The notes beneath the pieces are model-generated. The model saw only the letters and a program-made list of their open reading frames with translations, was not told the origin of the DNA and made no database searches. Both the position numbers and the translations under genes were made by a program. A stretch of DNA of 64,000 nucleotides from an uncultured virus (IMG/VR IMGVR_UViG_3300017714_000002) (lineage: Duplodnaviria; Heunggongvirae; Uroviricota; Caudoviricetes): IMG/VR virus record IMGVR_UViG_3300017714_000002. One strand, 5' to 3'. Shown piece after piece: positions 57,561 through 64,000 of the stretch (position 1 is its first letter; the number at the start of each line of letters is the position of its first letter).

Positions 57561-58321
57561 GCAAAGAAAAATATACATTAGAACAATATTCGGCAATGCA
57601 AGGCGGACACGAAATGCCCAAAGATAGCGAAGAGCCGTATTTAGAATTTATTAATTCATTAGGCGAAGCTAGAATGTTTCGAACTCGTGATATGATTAAA
57701 GCTCAAGGTGCTAGATCATTAACAGATCATGTTTTTGTAAGTATGATGAGTTTATACGCAATGGCAAATGATTACAAATATGCACCAGTAGCAAAAGAAT
57801 ATGCACGTAGAACAAGTATGTTTTCAAATTGGAATAAACCTAGTCCTAGTGGAACAGATTTATATCAAACAATACACTCTACATTAAAACCCACAGGATT
57901 AGCTGATTCAGAAGCAGATAAGTTATTACTTGCTAAAGTTAATGTAGAACAAAAAAGAATTAGAAACTTTTTAAAACAAATTGAATCAGGAAAGATAAAC
58001 ACAGGACAAGCACAGGCTTTCTTTTATAGATTAGAAAAAAATTTAGCAATACAAGATCCAAAACTAAAAGCGGCTAGAAGACTAGTAGGTGAGTGGGATA
58101 CTTTAAATACTACTCAAAGACAATTAGCGGCTACACAATTAACAAAATATTTTAGATTAAATGCTAGAAGAAGTGATTTAAATCCAATATTTACAAAGTA
58201 TGCAAACGAAGCAGGATTAGAGATAGACAATAAGAAAAAAGGTAGTATAGGTAAACGTATTGCACGTGGAGCGGCGGCATTTGCGGCTGGATATACTGCT
58301 GGTAAAATGACAGGTATGTAA
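57557..58321 (+). CDS. Late hypothetical protein
   Basis: ATGA overlap; 254-aa ORF. Confidence 0.6.
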   Translation: MSKEKYTLEQYSAMQGGHEMPKDSEEPYLEFINSLGEARMFRTRDMIKAQGARSLTDHVFVSMMSLYAMANDYKYAPVAKEYARRTSMFSNWNKPSPSGTDLYQTIHSTLKPTGLADSEADKLLLAKVNVEQKRIRNFLKQIESGKINTGQAQAFFYRLEKNLAIQDPKLKAARRLVGEWDTLNTTQRQLAATQLTKYFRLNARRSDLNPIFTKYANEAGLEIDNKKKGSIGKRIARGAAAFAAGYTAGKMTGM

Positions 58322-58322
58322 T

Positions 58323-58781
58323 ATGGCAGTTTCAAGGCCAGTTGAAGTATTAACAGGCTCAACTGATTTTTATACGGTTTACACCTTGATTGATATAACA
58401 GATTCTGGTGTAGTAAGTCCAAAAACAAGTGCAAGTGGGTATTTCCAAGCACAGAACTTGAATACATTTATCCAAAGTATTAGTCTAAGATCTCAACCAG
58501 TTTTAAGTAGTGTACAAATTTTAGATTCGCAAGATATAAGCAAATATGAATTTGGCACAAATTTTACAGGCACTCATACCGTATGGGTGTTAAAATTTGC
58601 TAGTGAGACAGCAGATGCATGGAAAAAAGATAATAATGACGTTTATATGTTAAAAGAAGACTTTGATAAAATGCCAATACACGAAGATTTAAACGAAACA
58701 ATAAGCATTGATCCAGAGATAATTGACACAAATACAGTGAATAAGAAAAATACTTACTTTAAATATAGTGAAAACATATAA
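58323..58781 (+). CDS. Hypothetical protein
   Basis: YTLIDITDSG...QAQNLNTFIQSISLRSQP; 152-aa ORF. Confidence 0.6.
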   Translation: MAVSRPVEVLTGSTDFYTVYTLIDITDSGVVSPKTSASGYFQAQNLNTFIQSISLRSQPVLSSVQILDSQDISKYEFGTNFTGTHTVWVLKFASETADAWKKDNNDVYMLKEDFDKMPIHEDLNETISIDPEIIDTNTVNKKNTYFKYSENI

Positions 58782-58860
58782 ATAGTAGTAGAGTACGAAT
58801 GATTGTACTCATACAAATCAGCTCTTAATAAGACGCTGTCAAAGAATGTGAGAACATAAT

Positions 58861-59148
58861 ATGGCAATGAATCAGTCAAGGCTTGAGCGTGAAAATCTAG
58901 AGGCACACGTTGATCTGTGTGCGGAAAGGTATCGCGTGTTGGAAGAAAAATTAAATAGATTAGAAACTAAAGTGGATGGCTTAACTACGGCTATGAGTAA
59001 AGTAGCAGAAAAGCAAACATCAGCAAGTATGTCTAGTAACAAGCTAATCATTGGAGCCGCGGCAACGGTTATTGCAGGATTGCTCTCAACAATAGTATTG
59101 TTGTTACTAAATTTAAATACAGTAACTCCGTTATTGGGTGCAGGTTAA
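58861..59148 (+). CDS. Coiled-coil plus C-terminal TM protein (holin/XhlA-like architecture)
   Basis: TATAAATA at 58777. LEAHVDLCAERY..LEEKLNRLETKVD followed by a hydrophobic helix. Confidence 0.5.
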   Translation: MAMNQSRLERENLEAHVDLCAERYRVLEEKLNRLETKVDGLTTAMSKVAEKQTSASMSSNKLIIGAAATVIAGLLSTIVLLLLNLNTVTPLLGAG

Positions 59149-59435
59149 TGTTATTAAATGAGTCGTACAATACAGTAATTTCTGAAGCAAAATTAATTTT
59201 TGCTAGAAGAGGTAAAGCTGTAACTAGGAAGTTTCGTTGCACAGTTGGTATTCGTAAGAATAGAATTGTAGCAAATCCTAGTCAATGTGCGGCACCTATG
59301 GATCTCAAAAAGAGATTCGTAATGAGAAAAACAAGAGCACAAAAAGGTGCTCGTATGCAAAAGGCGGCAGTACGTTCTAAAAGGTTAAATCCTGCAAGTC
59401 GTATTGTTGCTAGATTAAACAAAGCTAGAGGTTAA
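59148..59435 (+). CDS. Small highly basic late protein
   Basis: K/R-rich after VISE; coupled start. Confidence 0.6.
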   Translation: MLLNESYNTVISEAKLIFARRGKAVTRKFRCTVGIRKNRIVANPSQCAAPMDLKKRFVMRKTRAQKGARMQKAAVRSKRLNPASRIVARLNKARG

Positions 59436-59436
59436 G

Positions 59437-59949
59437 ATGGAAATAGTAAATAATAGTACAGTAGATAGTGTAATAGATTATGCTAACGTTAAGTTCGGAT
59501 TAGAACTTAAAAAAGATGACATCATGGAACAATTAAAAGGGTTATCTTTTGGCGATACACTTAACTTATTAGATTCAATTAAAAATGAAGACAATGATAA
59601 ATTTTCATCAATTATAGATTTAAGTAGAGTCAATGAAGCTGGGTATGGAACAATACAAACAGCCAAGCCAAGTAATGCTACAATTAGAGCATCAAACAAC
59701 GGCAATGATCAAAGAGACTTTACTAATGCACAACAAGATGCAAAAAGAGATTCAAGTAACCCACAAAGATATGTAGCGGGTTCAAATAAACAACCAACTG
59801 GTCAAGGAGCAGTAAGAGCAGGTAGTGCAGATCCAGATGATATTGAAAGAGCTGAAAACAAATATAAATCAGATGCAAACCAGCAACAATCAAATATAAA
59901 TGCACAAGAAATTGAAAGACTTAAACAATTGGCAATGGGAGGTCGTTAA
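59437..59949 (+). CDS. Hypothetical protein
   Basis: SD GAGG; 170-aa ORF. Confidence 0.6.
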   Translation: MEIVNNSTVDSVIDYANVKFGLELKKDDIMEQLKGLSFGDTLNLLDSIKNEDNDKFSSIIDLSRVNEAGYGTIQTAKPSNATIRASNNGNDQRDFTNAQQDAKRDSSNPQRYVAGSNKQPTGQGAVRAGSADPDDIERAENKYKSDANQQQSNINAQEIERLKQLAMGGR

Positions 59950-60158
59950 TGAAAACGATTGAACAACCCGGAGGCATTCCAGTATTCATCTCAGTTCACG
60001 AAAGTGAATGTTATGAGAATTTGTTAGAACGTAAATGCAAAGACGATCTAAACGAACGAGATTTAATTTTAATTCAAAACTTGGTTAACAAAAATGTTGT
60101 TAAAAAAATAGTTGAGAATAATAAAGTATTCTATGAAAGAATGAAAGGGAGCCTATAA
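59949..60158 (+). CDS. Hypothetical protein
   Basis: Coupled TAATG start; SD GGAGG. Confidence 0.55.
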   Translation: MKTIEQPGGIPVFISVHESECYENLLERKCKDDLNERDLILIQNLVNKNVVKKIVENNKVFYERMKGSL

Positions 60159-60766
60159 TGCCAACACACGAAGAAACAAAAGGAATGAAAGAACTTATTC
60201 AAAAGTTAAATGAGAGTTCAAAAGTTCCTACAGAAACTGAACAAAAAAGCAATCCAGAATTAAAAGCAAATTTGTTGAATAGTGTTAGCAAAAATGCTAA
60301 AGGTATGTATGACATACTGCAAAAACTAGACGAAGCTACAACACAAGTGGCTAAAGAAGCAGTAGAAGAAACATATGAAGATCCTACAATGGCTGTAGCA
60401 ACAAAGCAAGGAAATAGTGTAAAGATTGCAGAATATGAGATCACTATGGACAAAGAACAAGTTGTTCCAGGTATTAAAAAGATGTTTTATACTATCAAGG
60501 AAGATGGTAAAGTATTGCACGAACAAATTGCATTATTTGAAACGGCAATGGGAATAGTAAAAGGTATGATGCATGGCAAGACAAGTAATATTAAACAATT
60601 ACTTGATTTAGATGTACGTTATGGTAGTCAACTAGCTGAAGCGGCGTTTTACAAGCAAAAATCCAAAGTAAGTGCAGGATTTAAGCTAGATTTAGCAATG
60701 GCCAAGCAAGGTCAAGCGGTTCAGAAGATGAACGAAGCCAAAAAACAGATCAAATCCTGCCTATAA
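60158..60766 (+). CDS. Hypothetical protein
   Basis: Coupled start; SD GGGAG. Confidence 0.6.
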   Translation: MPTHEETKGMKELIQKLNESSKVPTETEQKSNPELKANLLNSVSKNAKGMYDILQKLDEATTQVAKEAVEETYEDPTMAVATKQGNSVKIAEYEITMDKEQVVPGIKKMFYTIKEDGKVLHEQIALFETAMGIVKGMMHGKTSNIKQLLDLDVRYGSQLAEAAFYKQKSKVSAGFKLDLAMAKQGQAVQKMNEAKKQIKSCL

Positions 60767-60809
60767 GCATAAATACAATATATTAAGAAAAACCTGAAGG
60801 GGTCAAATT

Positions 60810-61577
60810 ATGGATTTAAAAAATTTAGAAGTAAACAAAATAACGAAATTAGATTCAGTTCTAAAAGAAGTATTTGGTGTTAACTTTAACTTTGGTGCAG
60901 ACGGTGCCAAGCTACAAAAAGTTAAGACATTTACAGAATCTAAAATCAAGTCATTACGTGATAATGGTATCGCAGTAAATGACAAACAATATCAGAAGTT
61001 ATTGTTAGTATTAGAAGGTATAAAAGAAGCTATGTCAAATAAACCAGTAATGGAAAGCGAATTGGACCAAGCTGAAGTACTTCTAGCCGCAAAACAAATG
61101 GCTGACGACTTACAAAAAATGGCTGAAAATTTAGCAAGTATGCAAGTAGAAGAACTAATGAGTATTACTAACGCAATGAAAGAAGAAGTTGGTACTGCTG
61201 AAGCTGAAGCATTCTCACAGAGTGCTGAAATGGCAATTGGTACAGCTCTTGATGCAGTTAAAAAAGCCAATGATGATGTAAGTAACGCAGTATTAGTAGC
61301 ACAAGGTCAAGCACCAGCAACAGATATGAGTATGGAGCCTGCACCTGAAGCACCTATGGATATGGATGCAATTGATGCACCTGCTGAAGAACCAGCTGGT
61401 GATGATTTTGAAGGTGCTGATGCCGCTAGTGCAGAGTCAGATGCTGAAGGTAGAGAGATGAAAGAAGAATCAGTTGATCCTTACCTAAAAGCAATCAAGA
61501 TGGTTAAAGAAGCACAATCAGAAGGTAAAATTAGCAAAGACGTTCTTAAAAAAGCATTTGCGGAACTAAAGAGGTAA
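60810..61577 (+). CDS. Late acidic protein (possible scaffold/core)
   Basis: Late box at 60769; ESELDQAEVLLAAKQMADDLQKMAE followed by an acidic Pro/Ala linker. Confidence 0.55.
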   Translation: MDLKNLEVNKITKLDSVLKEVFGVNFNFGADGAKLQKVKTFTESKIKSLRDNGIAVNDKQYQKLLLVLEGIKEAMSNKPVMESELDQAEVLLAAKQMADDLQKMAENLASMQVEELMSITNAMKEEVGTAEAEAFSQSAEMAIGTALDAVKKANDDVSNAVLVAQGQAPATDMSMEPAPEAPMDMDAIDAPAEEPAGDDFEGADAASAESDAEGREMKEESVDPYLKAIKMVKEAQSEGKISKDVLKKAFAELKR

Positions 61578-61582
61578 TTAAC

Positions 61583-61912
61583 GTGAGGTACTCTCAACTC
61601 TTCGAATTAAATTCTGAAGTAGATTCAAAAGTTATTGATCTACTCTCAATTCTAAGTAGTGAAGGTGTAGATAGTATTCCTCTAGAATCTTTAGTTAAAG
61701 AACTTAAAGCTATGGGTGTTGATGCTGATAACGAATCATTATTTGATGAGATATCAAATTTACCTATAGTTAATAATATAAAAGATGGAATGGTTTATTT
61801 TAATACTTCAAGTCTTGATGCTAGTAATTTAAACAAGGTTGACCCCGAAAAAGCAGATAAGACCGTAACTAATATGGCTAAGAAGCAAGTTAAAAAAGAG
61901 TTAAACAAATGA
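61583..61912 (+). CDS. Hypothetical protein
   Basis: GTG start with SD GAGGT. Confidence 0.55.
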   Translation: MRYSQLFELNSEVDSKVIDLLSILSSEGVDSIPLESLVKELKAMGVDADNESLFDEISNLPIVNNIKDGMVYFNTSSLDASNLNKVDPEKADKTVTNMAKKQVKKELNK

Positions 61913-62526
61913 GTGTAGGACTAAACGCGGCACAAGCTAGATCAAAAGCATCACAAGATATGATTGTGTTTACTGAAACACAAGAAATAATGAAAGAAAT
62001 TATTTCACAGAGTGCATTAGGTAATTTTGAAGCATATGTAGATGATACTACAACAATGACAGAAGCTACGCCAAGTGTTCAAAAAATAGGAACTGCACTA
62101 AATCCAACAATAACAGTAGGTGACACTTTAATTTTTGATAATAATACAATAACATTAGGCACCACAGGAACATCATTAAACGCAATAGTAGCAGATATCA
62201 ACGATGCAGGAGTTGCAGGTTTAACGGCTTCAAAGGATAGTAATTACTTGATACTTACTATAACTGAGCCACAAGGTTCAACTTGGTCATATGAGATAGG
62301 TGCAGGAACTGCAAATACAGCTCTAGGATTTGTAGCAGGTGTATACAGTATATCTAATCCTACAAGTGTTGATTATTTTAATATTTGGCAAGGTACTGCC
62401 ACTGATCGTGGACTAACAAATCAAATGGAACAAGTAATTAAATATTTTCAAAACCTAGGATACAAAATAGAAAGACTAACTAATACTAATACCAGTAAAA
62501 CTTTTAAATGGTATGTATATTGGTAA
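61909..62526 (+). CDS. Probable virion structural protein
   Basis: T/G-rich (TITLG.TGTSLNAIVADINDAGVAG...); ends W.VYW. Confidence 0.55.
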   Translation: MSVGLNAAQARSKASQDMIVFTETQEIMKEIISQSALGNFEAYVDDTTTMTEATPSVQKIGTALNPTITVGDTLIFDNNTITLGTTGTSLNAIVADINDAGVAGLTASKDSNYLILTITEPQGSTWSYEIGAGTANTALGFVAGVYSISNPTSVDYFNIWQGTATDRGLTNQMEQVIKYFQNLGYKIERLTNTNTSKTFKWYVYW

Positions 62527-62549
62527 TCAACAAAATCTCAAATAACTCA

Positions 62550-62578
62550 TTGACATTTCTATAGAAGGCACATATACT
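62550..62578 (+). promoter_or_regulatory. sigma70-type promoter, leaderless configuration
   Basis: TTGACA-N17-TATACT-N6-ATG(62585). Confidence 0.7.
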
Positions 62579-62584
62579 ATGAGT

Positions 62585-63265
62585 ATGTTAAAAATAAAAT
62601 CCCCTTATGATTATAAAGAATTTAAAAGAACCTCAGTAGACGGGAAACGTCTATATGAGAATCCTTGGGGCGATCCTGTTCCAAGTGTAACCACTATTTT
62701 AAGTGCAACCCAATCAGCAGATAAAAAAGCAGGATTGGCTAGATGGAAAAAACGTGTAGGAGATGCTGAAGCACAACGTATTGTAACTGAAGCATCTAAT
62801 GTTGGATCTGTAATGCATAATATATTAGAAAAATGGTTTAAAAATGAAGAATACAATCCAGGAAACAATATGGTCCATAAACAAGCAAAAGGTATGGCAC
62901 AAGTTGTAATAGACAATGTGGAACCTGATATTAGCGAAGTGTGGGGATCAGAGGTTAATTTAGTAGCAAAAGATTTATATGCAGGTACAACAGATTTAGT
63001 TGGAGTATATAAAGGTAAACAAACTATCATGGACTTTAAACAGACCAATAAACCTAAAAAACGTGAATGGATTGATGATTATTTCCTACAAGGAGCGGCC
63101 TATGCAAACGCCCACAATGAAATGTATGGAACAAACATATCAAACATAGCTGTTTTTATGTGCAGTAGAGCAGGTGAGTTTCAATTATTTGAAGCAGATA
63201 GTACAGAATTTAAACAATGGGAACTTAAATGGGCCGAACGTTTAGAACAATTTTATAATCTATAA
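62585..63265 (+). CDS. PD-(D/E)XK exonuclease
   Basis: PSVTTILS, GSVMH, YAGTTDLVG, IMDFKQT and YFLQGAAYA. The start is placed at the second ATG from promoter geometry. Confidence 0.88.
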   Translation: MLKIKSPYDYKEFKRTSVDGKRLYENPWGDPVPSVTTILSATQSADKKAGLARWKKRVGDAEAQRIVTEASNVGSVMHNILEKWFKNEEYNPGNNMVHKQAKGMAQVVIDNVEPDISEVWGSEVNLVAKDLYAGTTDLVGVYKGKQTIMDFKQTNKPKKREWIDDYFLQGAAYANAHNEMYGTNISNIAVFMCSRAGEFQLFEADSTEFKQWELKWAERLEQFYNL

Positions 63266-63295
63266 AGATAAATACATTATATTAAGGAATAAACA

Positions 63296-64000
63296 ATGAC
63301 AACAACGACAGCTAGAATGACAGTTAGAAAAGGTAATTTGGCAGATTTGCCAAAATTACTACCAGGTGAATTTGGACTTGCACAAGACATTCAAAGATTA
63401 TTCATAGGACAAGCTTCAGTAAATGGAACTTGCCAAGTAAGTAATAGTGATGCAACGACAGCTAAAGTAGAATTTACTTCAGCAAACGGCGATCCTATTG
63501 ATTTAGATTTAATCGCTAATTTAGATCAGTATACTTATGGAATCACAGTTAACCCAGCAAGTGATAATATTTCTATAACAGGTAATAACATAACATTCAA
63601 GGATGCAGTTGCATCATTCTCGCATGGCTTATCTTCAACTCCTACATCTAGTACAGTTTTTGAACTTTACTATAATAAAGAAGTTGGCTACCATGCAGAA
63701 GCATTCCCAAATCCAGTACAGTCTCAAAGTCTAAACAAACTGACAGCAGATTCTGCAGGACCTAAAGAATCAGGAATTGAATTTATTTGTGCAAATAAAG
63801 ATAAGATTACTATTGATTATAGTTTAACAACAACGTCAGCTTCAAGACACGGACAGTTATCAATCCTAATTGATGACAATGCTGGCGTTCCTACAACAAG
63901 CTCAATCAAAGACGTATATGACATCAGCAATGGCGCAATGCCTTTAGTCTTTAGTCTTTCACATAATAGTACAGACAAATTTAGTTTAATGTTTGATACT
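63296..64000 (+). CDS. Late virion protein with Mtd-N-like start (3'-truncated)
   Basis: Not in the ORF track because it has no stop in the window. Late box at 63268, SD AAGGA; MTTTTARMTVRKGNLADLPKLLPGEFGLAQDIQRLFIG; the frame appears open to the window end. Confidence 0.7.
   Translation, partial: MTTTTARMTVRKGNLADLPKLLPGEFGLAQDIQRLFIGQASVNGTCQVSNSDATTAKVEFTSANGDPIDLDLIANLDQYTYGITVNPASDNISITGNNITFKDAVASFSHGLSSTPTSSTVFELYYNKEVGYHAEAFPNPVQSQSLNKLTADSAGPKESGIEFICANKDKITIDYSLTTTSASRHGQLSILIDDNAGVPTTSSIKDVYDISNGAMPLVFSLSHNSTDKFSLMFDT

Noticed and set aside
1..64000. Stop-codon reassignment, tRNA genes, introns/inteins, integrase or IS elements
   Set aside because: Core genes are full length in code 11 and TAA, TAG and TGA all serve as stops. 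No cloverleaf was seen in the short spacers, terminase/UvsX/helicase are uninterrupted, and no recombinase or transposase motifs were found. A tRNAscan/Infernal run would be the formal check.

Overview
The window is a 64-kb, AT-rich, densely coding segment of a large T4-related myovirus genome (likely aquatic; the host cannot be determined from sequence alone), read in the standard genetic code. It has five parts. (1) 1-15 kb: an array of tail-fibre/virion proteins with PKD-like repeats, Ala/Thr heptads, 'ALDTLNELAAALGDD'-type fibre motifs and two C-terminal S74-type chaperones. (2) 15.5-20.5 kb: a tailoring-enzyme cluster (2 glycosyltransferase-like, 2 2OG-Fe(II) oxygenases, SGNH-like, sulfotransferase-like). 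(3) 20.5-41 kb: morphogenesis genes (gp15/gp14/gp13, sheath, tube, gp4, terminase) interleaved with a late sbmA-rpiB-flavin halogenase unit and three more 2OG oxygenases. (4) 42-56 kb: replication/recombination genes (gp32, UvsX, UvsY, UvsW, primase, helicase) plus a 194-aa protein that keeps all recognisable catalytic motifs of DNA polymerase III alpha. (5) 56-64 kb: late, probably head-associated proteins and an exonuclease. Regulatory grammar is readable: about 20 T4-late-type ATAAATA boxes, about 12 sigma70-type TTGACA-N17-TAnnnT promoters (four apparently leaderless), and many terminators. The most notable observations are the miniature DnaE in the replisome cluster, the late sbmA/rpiB/halogenase plus oxygenase/glycosyltransferase set, apparent genome-wide avoidance of GCWGC, leaderless early DNA-metabolism genes, and a shared promoter cassette. 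All family assignments come from motif recognition by eye; no database searches were run.
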